Assembly (NCBI GenBank): GCA_965263355.1
Contig: CBDHHL010000032.1
Coordinates: 2,240,001-2,304,000, forward strand
DNA length: 64,000 nt
From: Leptolyngbyaceae cyanobacterium
GTDB lineage: Bacteria; Cyanobacteriota; Cyanobacteriia; Phormidesmidales; Phormidesmidaceae
Direction of reading: 5' to 3'
The position numbers were made by a program, and so were the translations under genes. Below the pieces are notes generated by a model, which was not told the origin of the DNA, searched no databases, and saw nothing but the letters and a program-made list of their open reading frames with translations. Below, piece after piece: positions 33,162 through 42,113 of the stretch; within the stretch, counting starts at the first letter, position 1; every line of letters starts with the position of its first letter.

Positions 33162-34127
33162 GTGGATAATCAGTTAGCTAATATTAAACGTGACTTTAAG
33201 AAGCCATTATCTAATATTCCTCATATCACTAGACTTAGGGTCTCTCAGCTCAGGCAAGAACGAAAAATTTTTGCAATGTCAATATTGCTGCCCTGTGTTG
33301 GTTTTTTAGGTATGCTGGCACTAGCTGTCTACTCAGGTATCTACTATCTTGATCTTGCTCTATTAGGAAGTTTTTTCCTGCTTACAGTCATTGGGATTGA
33401 AGTTGGTTATCATCGACTATTTTCCCATCATGCTTTTGAAACTACATCAGCCATTCAATTTCTGTTAGGCGTTGCTGGTAGCATGGCGTTACAGGGACCT
33501 GTTGTTTACTGGGCCAGTAATCATCGTCGTCATCATACCTGTAGCGATCAGTCTGACGATCCTCACTCACCCCAAGGACATGGTTCAGGTTGGCAAGGGT
33601 TGTTTCAGGGATTATGGCATGCTCATATTGGCTGGATATTTTCACCTGAGAGAACCTGTCCGGGGCACTATGGGCGAGACCTATTAGCTGATCCTATAAT
33701 TCAACAGATTGATCGTGGCTACCTCCTCTGGGTAAGCATAGGTCTGTTGTTACCTGCTCTTATTGGTGCCTGGGTCAATGGAGGGATGGGGAGTTTGCAT
33801 GGTTTTTTATGGGGAGGATTGGGACGTATCTTTCTTGTTCAACAGGGTACTTACAGCATTAATTCTTGCTGTCATAGCTTTGGGTCGCGTTTATTTAAGA
33901 CTGATGACCAGAGCACTAATAATCTCTGGTTGGCATTACCTACCTTGGGTGGTTCATTGCATAATACTCACCATGCTTTTCCTAATACAGCCACCAATAG
34001 AGTTCGATGGTGGCATCTTGATGTGAGTGGGTGGTTGATTCAAGCTTTGGCAAAGGTGGGTCTGGTTTGGAATATGAAAGTACCGTCATCACAGATGATT
34101 GAATCTAAGCTAATTAACCCTGGGTAG
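33162..34127 (+). CDS. Membrane fatty-acyl desaturase (delta-9/JamB-like)
   Basis: His boxes HRLFSH, HRRHH and HNTHH; SDDPHSP. Confidence 0.88.
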   Translation: MDNQLANIKRDFKKPLSNIPHITRLRVSQLRQERKIFAMSILLPCVGFLGMLALAVYSGIYYLDLALLGSFFLLTVIGIEVGYHRLFSHHAFETTSAIQFLLGVAGSMALQGPVVYWASNHRRHHTCSDQSDDPHSPQGHGSGWQGLFQGLWHAHIGWIFSPERTCPGHYGRDLLADPIIQQIDRGYLLWVSIGLLLPALIGAWVNGGMGSLHGFLWGGLGRIFLVQQGTYSINSCCHSFGSRLFKTDDQSTNNLWLALPTLGGSLHNTHHAFPNTATNRVRWWHLDVSGWLIQALAKVGLVWNMKVPSSQMIESKLINPG

Positions 34128-34167
34128 AATAAAAGGTTTTTGTTGTTCTACCCACTCATGTCGACTC

Positions 34168-35160
34168 ATGGTGAGTAGCGGTCACCATCCAAAGCCTTTA
34201 AAGGCTAGCGTATATATGTCGAAAACGTTGAATCATCCTCAAATCACAATCGTTAACGATTATTTGCAAGCAATACAGCAACGTCATGCTTTTGCAATTA
34301 CACTTTTGCCTCTGTTGGGTGTAGTACTTGCCGTTGTTCAGGTGTGGAACTATGGTATTAGTGCTGTCGATATTGCTGTCTTGCTGATTATGTACGGACT
34401 GACAGTAATTGGAGTAGAAGTAGGTCTACATCGGTATTTTTCTCACAAGTCTTTTGATACTCATCCACCGATACGTTGGGTGTTGGGTGTGCTGGGCTCA
34501 ATGGCCGCTCAAGGTCCATTGATTTATTGGGCGGCTAATCATCGCCGCCATCATCAATTTAGCGATCGCACCGGTGATCCCCACTCCCCTTATGAATACG
34601 GAGTACCTACTCAACAACGGTTAAAGGGACTTTGGCATGCTCATACAGGCTGGATGTTTCATCATACAACACCTAATCCAGCATTCTTTACTAAAGAGAT
34701 GTGTCAAGATACTTTAATTAATCAGATTGATCGTCTGTACTTAGGATGGGTTGCCTTAGGCTTGGGACTTCCTTCTGTTATCGTTGGATTGTTTACGCAA
34801 AGTTGGGCGGGGCTTTGGCTTGGATTTTTATGGGGTGGGTTAGTACGAATTTTTATTGTCAACCAAGGTGCCACTTTCTTTGTGAATTCTGTTTGTCATA
34901 CCTGGGGAAAACGACCATTTAATACCCAAGACTCAAGTACCAATAATATTTGGTTGGTCTTGGTTACCTTTGGGGGGGCCTGGCACAATAATCATCATGC
35001 CTTTCCAAATGCTGCGATGAATGATTTGGAATGGTGGCAGTTGGATTTGAGTGGTTGTCTTATTCGTGTACTCAAATGGATTGGTTGGGCCTGGAATGTT
35101 AAACAACCAACGAAGGCCATGATAGAAGCTAGAAAACATCAAAGTCTGGCATCTCCATAA
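34168..35160 (+). CDS. Membrane fatty-acyl desaturase (delta-9/JamB-like)
   Basis: His boxes HRYFSH, HRRHH and HNNHH; GDPHSP. Confidence 0.88.
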   Translation: MVSSGHHPKPLKASVYMSKTLNHPQITIVNDYLQAIQQRHAFAITLLPLLGVVLAVVQVWNYGISAVDIAVLLIMYGLTVIGVEVGLHRYFSHKSFDTHPPIRWVLGVLGSMAAQGPLIYWAANHRRHHQFSDRTGDPHSPYEYGVPTQQRLKGLWHAHTGWMFHHTTPNPAFFTKEMCQDTLINQIDRLYLGWVALGLGLPSVIVGLFTQSWAGLWLGFLWGGLVRIFIVNQGATFFVNSVCHTWGKRPFNTQDSSTNNIWLVLVTFGGAWHNNHHAFPNAAMNDLEWWQLDLSGCLIRVLKWIGWAWNVKQPTKAMIEARKHQSLASP

Positions 35161-35232
35161 TGTTATTTCGCAGATTCAATTTCTTTAGAGCCCCCCCTGA
35201 CCATTTATTTTATTGTCATAGAAGATACTGAT

Positions 35233-35679
35233 ATGAGTATTTTAAATCAAATTTTGACCCGACAAGAGAGACTACAACCTGAAGCTCCTGTTGTTAAGTC
35301 AATAACATCCGAGGAAATTAAATTGTGGCTAATTTCTCAGCTTGCAGAGAGGTTGGAAGTTCCTTCTGAGTCAATTGATCCCCATAAAGATTTTGTGGAA
35401 TACGGCCTTAATTCGATTGAAGCTGTCAATCTTTCTGGAGGGTTAGAAAACTATCTAGGCTGTCGCCTCTCGCCTACATTGATTTGGGATTGTCCGAATA
35501 TTGAAACCCTGGTGCGGTATTTAGCAGAAGAGAATATCGCAGGAGATATTACATCTTTAACACAAAATGACCTTCAACTACGTGAAGTACAAAAACTACT
35601 GGCTAATATGGATCAACTATCTGATGAGTCTGTAGATATGTTATTAAATGTTATGTTGCCTGAGCAAGATGATCGATGA
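35233..35679 (+). CDS. Acyl carrier protein with C-terminal docking-like helix
   Basis: YGLNSIEAV (Ppant Ser), LSPTLIWDCP and tail LLANMDQLSDESVDMLL. Confidence 0.85.
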   Translation: MSILNQILTRQERLQPEAPVVKSITSEEIKLWLISQLAERLEVPSESIDPHKDFVEYGLNSIEAVNLSGGLENYLGCRLSPTLIWDCPNIETLVRYLAEENIAGDITSLTQNDLQLREVQKLLANMDQLSDESVDMLLNVMLPEQDDR

Positions 35680-35731
35680 TGAATCGCTCGTATTCCAGGT
35701 TAAATGCCATGCTGTTTGAACAAGCGAGGGT

Positions 35732-37066
35732 ATGATGAGCATTCAACCACACATCAATAAGGTGAATCTCTCATCTCAGGAAAAACGTGCTCTACTGACA
35801 AAGTTATTGATGGAAAAAGCGCTTTTACCACCACTGTCGGTAGCCTCCTCAGATATTCCTTCTGAGTATTACTGTTTTGATCACTATTCAGGCTATCAGC
35901 AATTACAACAGCAACGCATCCAACTGCAAGCCTTAGGGTTAGAGAATCCTTATTTTGCAGTTCATGATCAGGTCGCTCAGAACACTACCCAGATAAATGG
36001 TAAAACATTTATAAATTACTCTACCTATAATTATTTGGGACTCTCAGGGCACCCTGCTGTTTCTAAAGCTGCTAAAGCTGCAATTGATCGTTATGGTACA
36101 TCGGTGTCAGCTAGCCGAATCGCCTCAGGTGAGAAAAAACTCCATCGAGAACTGGAGCAGGTCCTGGCAAAATTTCTAAATACGGAAGACTGTATTGTTT
36201 TTATTGGTGGCCATGCTACCAATGTATCCACCATTAGTCATCTGTTTGGGCGCAATGATTTGATCTTGCATGATGAGCTGAGTCATAACAGTATTTTGCA
36301 AGGGATTTTATTGTCGGGTGCCAGTGCGATCTCATTTCCCCACAATAACTGGCAGGCGCTAGATCGTCTTTTACAAGATCACCGTCATGCCTATCAACGG
36401 GTACTGATAGTCATTGAAGGCGTGTATAGCACTGATGGTGATATTCCAGATCTACCTCGATTTATCGAGGTTAAAAAACGCCATAAAACCTTTTTAATGG
36501 TGGATGAAGCCCATTCTATTGGTGTGTTAGGTAGCCAGGGAAGCGGTATTGGTGAATATTTTTCCGTAGATCGCACTGATGTAGATTTGTGGATGGGGAC
36601 CCTTAGCAAAAGTTTGGCCAGCTGTGGCGGATATATTGCTGGCAGTCAAGTGCTGGTAGACTATCTTAAATATACCGCCCCTGGTTTTGTCTATAGTGTC
36701 GGCATCTCGCCCGCCAATGCGGCGGCAGCCCTGGCAGCACTGCAACAGCTTCAATCTGAACCGGACCGTATTAGTCGTTTACATCAACGGGCCAACTTAT
36801 TTTTGAAGTTAGCCCAAAAGGCAGGCCTAAACACAGGCCTCAGTCATCATTCTGCTGTTGTACCCATTATTCTGGGTGATTCTCTACGATGTCTCCAACT
36901 AGCTCAATCATTATTCCAACAAGGAATTAACGTACAGCCATTGAGCGCACCCACGGTACCTGAAAAAACGTCTCGTTTGCGGTTCTTCATTAGCTGTCTA
37001 CATACAGAAGAGCAGATTCACTTTACTGTTGAAACCCTTATCCAGGCAGTGACAGATTTGCCATGA
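35732..37066 (+). CDS. PLP-dependent alpha-oxoamine synthase (serine palmitoyltransferase/BioF family)
   Basis: NYLGLS, SHNSI, EGVYSTDGD, DEAHS, GTLSKS (PLP Lys) and RLRFF. Confidence 0.9.
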   Translation: MMSIQPHINKVNLSSQEKRALLTKLLMEKALLPPLSVASSDIPSEYYCFDHYSGYQQLQQQRIQLQALGLENPYFAVHDQVAQNTTQINGKTFINYSTYNYLGLSGHPAVSKAAKAAIDRYGTSVSASRIASGEKKLHRELEQVLAKFLNTEDCIVFIGGHATNVSTISHLFGRNDLILHDELSHNSILQGILLSGASAISFPHNNWQALDRLLQDHRHAYQRVLIVIEGVYSTDGDIPDLPRFIEVKKRHKTFLMVDEAHSIGVLGSQGSGIGEYFSVDRTDVDLWMGTLSKSLASCGGYIAGSQVLVDYLKYTAPGFVYSVGISPANAAAALAALQQLQSEPDRISRLHQRANLFLKLAQKAGLNTGLSHHSAVVPIILGDSLRCLQLAQSLFQQGINVQPLSAPTVPEKTSRLRFFISCLHTEEQIHFTVETLIQAVTDLP

Positions 37067-37318
37067 TCAGTCAGCTATCCATCTCTCTAGTATCTTATGT
37101 ACTTTAGCACCAATATGCAATTATGACAGGGAGCTATGGTCTAGTAATTGAGGTTCATCAGCAAAGATATGGAACTAGCAGAGAGAAACAAATATCTCAG
37201 AAAATAGTTTGAGAATCTCGCTGAAAACTAAGACAGTGTTTCCCTACAATCTGTTGGGTGAACTGGTGAGTCTGTTACGGTGAAATTATTGACAAGATAG
37301 GTTTATTAAGGTGTTTCG

Positions 37319-38344
37319 ATGCAAGTGTTAGTGACTGGAGGTGCTGGTTACATTGGCTCCCATGTGGTCTATCAGTTAGAAAAGCAAGGGTATGATGTAG
37401 TTGTTTATGACAACTGTTCTGTCGGTAATCTAGCAAATGTCTTATCAGCAGACGTGCTTATCGGTGATCTAAAGGACATTGATAAACTTTCTAGTACATT
37501 TGCCAGATATCGATTCGATGCAGTACTTCACTTTGCTGCCAGCACAATTGTCCCTGAATCTATAACCTACCCGTTAGACTATTATCAAAATAATGTATGT
37601 GCCACGCTTAATTTGCTGCGTTGTTGCCAGACCTATCAGGTCAATCAGCTAGTTTTTTCGAGCACAGCAGCTGTGTACGGACATTCCCCCAATGAACCAA
37701 TAACGGAATCATTTCCCACATCACCGATTAATCCCTACGGACAATCTAAATTGATGTGTGAACAGATCATTCAGGATCATGCGCGGTCATCAGATTTACG
37801 TTGTACGATCCTGCGCTATTTCAATGTTGCTGGAGCTAATCCTCACATACCAGTAGGACAATCTGTACTTAATGCGACTCACCTGATCAAAGTTGTTTGT
37901 GAAGCTGCTGTCGGTAAGCGTCCTTGGGTGAAAATATTTGGTACCGACTTTCCAACCAGAGATGGAACAGGTATTCGAGACTATATCCATATAAACGATC
38001 TTGCTACAGCTCATTTGATTGCTTTAGAGTATTTATCCTCAGGAGGAACAACTGATATTCTGAATTGTGGCTATGGCAAAGGATACAGTGTTCGAGAGGT
38101 GGTCGAAGCTGCAAAAAGATTGTCTGGCATTGACTTTCCAGTCATCGAAACCGAACGACGTCCAGGCGACCCAGCTTGTTCGATTGCTGCTTCAGAACGG
38201 ATTCGACGGATATTGGGATGGCAGCCTCAACACGATGCACTAGACGTTATCGTTAGCAGTTCTTTAGCTTTGGAACAGCAACTATTACAGAATAATGGAC
38301 ACGCAGACAATAAGTACCCTGTGCCTCAAATAAAATGTTTATGA
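37319..38344 (+). CDS. galE: UDP-glucose 4-epimerase
   Basis: GGAGYIGSH, FSSTAAVYG, YGQSK, LRYFNVAGA and DGTGIRDYIH. Confidence 0.9.
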   Translation: MQVLVTGGAGYIGSHVVYQLEKQGYDVVVYDNCSVGNLANVLSADVLIGDLKDIDKLSSTFARYRFDAVLHFAASTIVPESITYPLDYYQNNVCATLNLLRCCQTYQVNQLVFSSTAAVYGHSPNEPITESFPTSPINPYGQSKLMCEQIIQDHARSSDLRCTILRYFNVAGANPHIPVGQSVLNATHLIKVVCEAAVGKRPWVKIFGTDFPTRDGTGIRDYIHINDLATAHLIALEYLSSGGTTDILNCGYGKGYSVREVVEAAKRLSGIDFPVIETERRPGDPACSIAASERIRRILGWQPQHDALDVIVSSSLALEQQLLQNNGHADNKYPVPQIKCL

Positions 38345-38356
38345 GCATACTGCTAG

Positions 38357-39238
38357 TTGCAACAGTATTTTTTACCATTGGGCATAACGTTATGCAAAAT
38401 AAAGATTGAAATACTAGCTATGAATATATTTAGCAAGAGATTCATAGGTCCTCTAGTTATGCAAAATCAGATCAAAATTATCAGGAAATTCTATCTTAAT
38501 GCTAATCTGATTTTTAGTTGGCTTCTATCCACAAGACTAATTCTTATACTTGGTTGCCAAAGGAGTGGGACGACATTAACTCATATGCTAATATCGTCGC
38601 ATCCAAAAATTGATGGGAAAGATGAGAGCGAAATTGGATTTGATTTTCCAAATTGGAAATTTCTAATTTGCTCCTTTTTGAAAGGGCATTACCTTAGCTG
38701 TAAGTTGCCAACAAAAACTCCAGAACTTGAGTCAATAATCCATAAATTTCCCCATGCGACAGTTGTATGGGTAACCAGGAATCCGCTGAGTGTTGTTTCA
38801 TCGATGAAAACCTTAAAAATTGGTGACACAACCAATTGGCTGCAAAAACATGGTAAAAGTGAACTTTTGAGACATGGGAAAATTTTTCCTGAACTTATGG
38901 CGATTGATTTTGAGCGGACGGATCAGATTTCATTGGGTGCGTATATTTGGAAGTACAAGCTGAAAACCAGGCAATTATATACTGATTCTCCCTTAAGAAA
39001 CTTTTCCTTTGTCTATGAGGATCTTGTCGCAAATCCGAAGAAAGAGATAACTCCAATGCTAAAGGATTTAGAACTTAACTGGAATGATAAGATTCTAAAC
39101 CACGAAGAAGTTCATCGTGGCAAAAGATATCCTGGCCGTACGATTGGCAGTAGGCCGATCGATCAAAGCAGAATCAATCCAACTTTAAATCTGGATGAGG
39201 ATGAGATCAAACGAGTGCGAAGTATACTAAAAGACTGA
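38357..39238 (+). CDS. Sulfotransferase
   Basis: 5'-PSB GCQRSGTT, 3'-PB RNPLSVVSS and YEDLV. Start uncertain. Confidence 0.8.
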   Translation: MQQYFLPLGITLCKIKIEILAMNIFSKRFIGPLVMQNQIKIIRKFYLNANLIFSWLLSTRLILILGCQRSGTTLTHMLISSHPKIDGKDESEIGFDFPNWKFLICSFLKGHYLSCKLPTKTPELESIIHKFPHATVVWVTRNPLSVVSSMKTLKIGDTTNWLQKHGKSELLRHGKIFPELMAIDFERTDQISLGAYIWKYKLKTRQLYTDSPLRNFSFVYEDLVANPKKEITPMLKDLELNWNDKILNHEEVHRGKRYPGRTIGSRPIDQSRINPTLNLDEDEIKRVRSILKD

Positions 39239-39337
39239 GCGAGTCTGATTTATAAATTTCCAGCGGTTTAGAAATAATTGTAGAGATAACTCCCCATCAA
39301 GATTGCAGCTACTGCTTAACGTATGGCAAACACTAAA

Positions 39338-39892
39338 CTATTGCTTTAAACCAAGTTGCTTTCGTAGCCAGGTTGCTCCCATAAATAAAAGAGGAGCAAC
39401 AATACAGCCCGTTAAAACTAAATGCTTAGGAAAAGCGAAAAAAAAGTACCATAGAATTAGAACTCCAAATGTTGAGTCCATATGATCGATGACGTAAAAG
39501 AGGCGATTACTTTCATCTCCTGGTGGTATTTGTAAGCGACGTTTAATAAACGAATTGGGAAGCTCAGCCAAATTAAAAATAAATCCAACGAATAGTCCAT
39601 AGACTATAGCGTTAAAATCTGACAACAACACAAAATTTGTTTTTTCTTGGAATAGATAGATTTCGGGTAGCTGTATAAGCCAGGTGCTGACAACCATTGT
39701 TATCGGTAAGCTGACTAAACCTCGCCAACGTTTGTTAGCACCAAACCAGGTCTGGTGGATAGGCTGATTCAAAGATTCAAAATAGGGTGTTTTCCAGAGA
39801 AAGGCTTCCAATACACCGGCAAGGAATAGACCACAACCTAACCACATTAGATTAAAAGTATCTCTTAAGATTATTAAAAAAATATTTTCCAT
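39338..39892 (-). CDS. CarS-like (CDP-archaeol/CDP-diglyceride synthase family) membrane cytidylyltransferase
   Basis: Hydrophobic protein with FGANKRWRG, ELPNSFIKRRLQI and IDHMDS. Confidence 0.75.
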   Translation of the reverse strand: MENIFLIILRDTFNLMWLGCGLFLAGVLEAFLWKTPYFESLNQPIHQTWFGANKRWRGLVSLPITMVVSTWLIQLPEIYLFQEKTNFVLLSDFNAIVYGLFVGFIFNLAELPNSFIKRRLQIPPGDESNRLFYVIDHMDSTFGVLILWYFFFAFPKHLVLTGCIVAPLLFMGATWLRKQLGLKQ

Positions 39893-39913
39893 CTTGATAA
39901 TTCTAATAGTGCG

Positions 39914-41245
39914 ATGATCTTATTTGAGAATAAACTGGGCCAGCTTATATCCCAGGGTGCTGCCTATGATTGCGATGGTTGGGGACAGCTGACGACAGAT
40001 ACCCTAAGCTGGTCTGTTAATGGAAAACACTATGCCCTTGCTCTGGCCGATACTGTCGGTGTGTCAGCTTGTGATTCCACAGAAAAACAGGGAGGTTTGT
40101 GTTTTGAAGTGTATGCTTATCCGCTAGTGTCTACTAAGCGATGGTTCCAAACCATCGCTTGCTCCAAACGGGTATTGCGAACCTATAAATTTGTTTGTCC
40201 AAAAGCTGAGGTGCGATCGCAATGGCTGCAATCCCTTCAATATGTTCTGAACCAGAGGCCGATCCAGGAAAACTCAAAACCACGTCACCTGCACATTATA
40301 CTCAACCCCACTAGTGGTAAAAGACAGGCCCAGAAGATCTATCAGCTGATTAAACCAATCTTTGAAAACAGCAATATTCAGATTACCCTAACCCAGACCA
40401 CCTCCATCAACCATGGCTTTGAACTCGCTAGAACTCTACCCCTAAATGAGTTAGATGGTTTGGTGGTTATTGGTGGAGACGGTACTTTATACGAAGTCAT
40501 TAATGGCCTTATGGAGCGGCCCGATTGGCAAACGGCTATTCAAACTCCCATTGGCATTATGCCAGCCGGTACTGGAAACGGTTTATGTAAAACCCTTTTA
40601 GAGCAGGCAGGTGAACCCTATGATCCCATTAGTGCCGCGTTTCTAATTGCCAAAGGCAAAACCTATCCCATAGACCTTATTGCTATTGAGCACTGTGGGA
40701 AACGTTATCACAGTTTTCTCTCCTTAGAATGGGCCATAGCCAGTGATGTAGACATCGGGTCAAATTATCTGCGATTTCTGGGTTCCCTCAGACACATGCT
40801 CTATGCCCTGTTTTGTATCCTACGTTTCCGAGTATATAAGGGGCGTTTTTCCTTCTTGCCTGCCCACCCACCCCACCTTCAGTTACACAGCCATGGGAGT
40901 AGCCCTTGGCAAACTATTGAAGATGACTTCATTTTCTTCTGGGCCATGAACATAAAATGGGCTGCCCACGATATGCAAATAGCTCCCCACGCGCAGTTAG
41001 ATAATGGTACTATAGACGTCATTCTGATTCGTAAGGGCATCTCTCGATTGCAGTTATTAATCGCGTTTCTAAAAACTGCTACGGGAGAATACATAAACAT
41101 GGAGAAAATAGAATACTACAGGGTAACGAGTTTCTTGCTAGAACCCCTAACATCAACAGGAATTTTGGCCGTAGATGGAGAGCAGATTGACTACAGCCCA
41201 CTCCAAGCTAATGTTAAGAAAGGCCTAGCCTGCATCATGGGTTAA
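39914..41245 (+). CDS. Sphingosine kinase-like lipid kinase (DAGK catalytic family)
   Basis: LNPTSG, GGDGTLYEVINGLMERPDW, PAGTGNG, SDVDIGS and VDGE; ~120-aa N-terminal extension. Confidence 0.85.
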   Translation: MILFENKLGQLISQGAAYDCDGWGQLTTDTLSWSVNGKHYALALADTVGVSACDSTEKQGGLCFEVYAYPLVSTKRWFQTIACSKRVLRTYKFVCPKAEVRSQWLQSLQYVLNQRPIQENSKPRHLHIILNPTSGKRQAQKIYQLIKPIFENSNIQITLTQTTSINHGFELARTLPLNELDGLVVIGGDGTLYEVINGLMERPDWQTAIQTPIGIMPAGTGNGLCKTLLEQAGEPYDPISAAFLIAKGKTYPIDLIAIEHCGKRYHSFLSLEWAIASDVDIGSNYLRFLGSLRHMLYALFCILRFRVYKGRFSFLPAHPPHLQLHSHGSSPWQTIEDDFIFFWAMNIKWAAHDMQIAPHAQLDNGTIDVILIRKGISRLQLLIAFLKTATGEYINMEKIEYYRVTSFLLEPLTSTGILAVDGEQIDYSPLQANVKKGLACIMG

Positions 41246-41251
41246 GGATTG

Positions 41252-41953
41252 CTAGGCATTATCTACCTGGGCAATAGCTTTAATTGATTCCAAAAGCTGC
41301 AATACATTTGTAGATTGTTTTATTACATAAAGAGGCAAACAGACCAGTATAGTTATTTGAACAAAACTCAAGCTACCCCCCATCCAACTCAACAAAGGTG
41401 TCTTGACATAATATGAAGAGTACAGAAGCAAATAAAGCAGTTCATTACCGATAATCAGTGCGTCCATAAATGGCTTGTTGCCATAATAAAGAGTGAGCAG
41501 TCTATTCTTCGACCAGGTAGTAGCTTCTTTATGGTTGATATACCCCCCAATTGCTGTTGCATATAGCAAATAGTAATGACTGCCGATATCCAATGCAATT
41601 AACAGAATAAAAATAGAGGTGTATTCAGGATAGAGTTCTGACAAAATAAGACATAGACCTGCTGTGGAACAGCGATCTGTCACCATATCTAGCGCTGCTC
41701 CAAAGTGAGAGCTTTGCTTAAACTGTCTAGCGGCCCGGCCATCAAACTCATCGAGTAGAAAAGCCAATGAATATAGACCAACAAAGATTTCCCAATGGCC
41801 ACCCCAGGTATGGCCAATGAATGCACCTGCGTAAAGGAACACTCGCAGATAGCCAATAAGATTGGGAATATAAAGGAAGACTCGATTATTCGTCATATTG
41901 ATTATGGATTCAAGCACCAGAAGCGTAAATGTTATTAAAACCTTTTGGCTCAA
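41252..41953 (-). CDS. CDP-alcohol phosphatidyltransferase, eukaryotic phosphatidylinositol synthase-like
   Basis: IPNLIGYLR, LDEFDGRAAR...GAALDMVTDR, LDIGSH and GNEL. Likely ATG start at 41896. Confidence 0.85.
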   Translation of the reverse strand: MSQKVLITFTLLVLESIINMTNNRVFLYIPNLIGYLRVFLYAGAFIGHTWGGHWEIFVGLYSLAFLLDEFDGRAARQFKQSSHFGAALDMVTDRCSTAGLCLILSELYPEYTSIFILLIALDIGSHYYLLYATAIGGYINHKEATTWSKNRLLTLYYGNKPFMDALIIGNELLYLLLYSSYYVKTPLLSWMGGSLSFVQITILVCLPLYVIKQSTNVLQLLESIKAIAQVDNA

Positions 41954-42113
41954 AAGATGAACAATATATAATTGACTATAGTCTGACAGCTTTTGCGATG
42001 TCTATAGGTCCAAAAACCTCAACATTAAAATGTGCTGTGAGGAGTCTTCGGAAGCAGCTTTAGTCTAGAAAACTCTTAGCAAGAAACCTCACGTAGAATT
42101 ACTTAGGAGAGAA

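Noticed and set aside
35732..37066. Housekeeping bioF
   Set aside because: Same family, but it has a docking-like extension, follows a dedicated ACP and has no bio genes nearby; symbol withheld.
37319..38344. 3-ketosphinganine/ceramide reductase
   Set aside because: Motifs are those of canonical GalE; kept only as a remote possibility.
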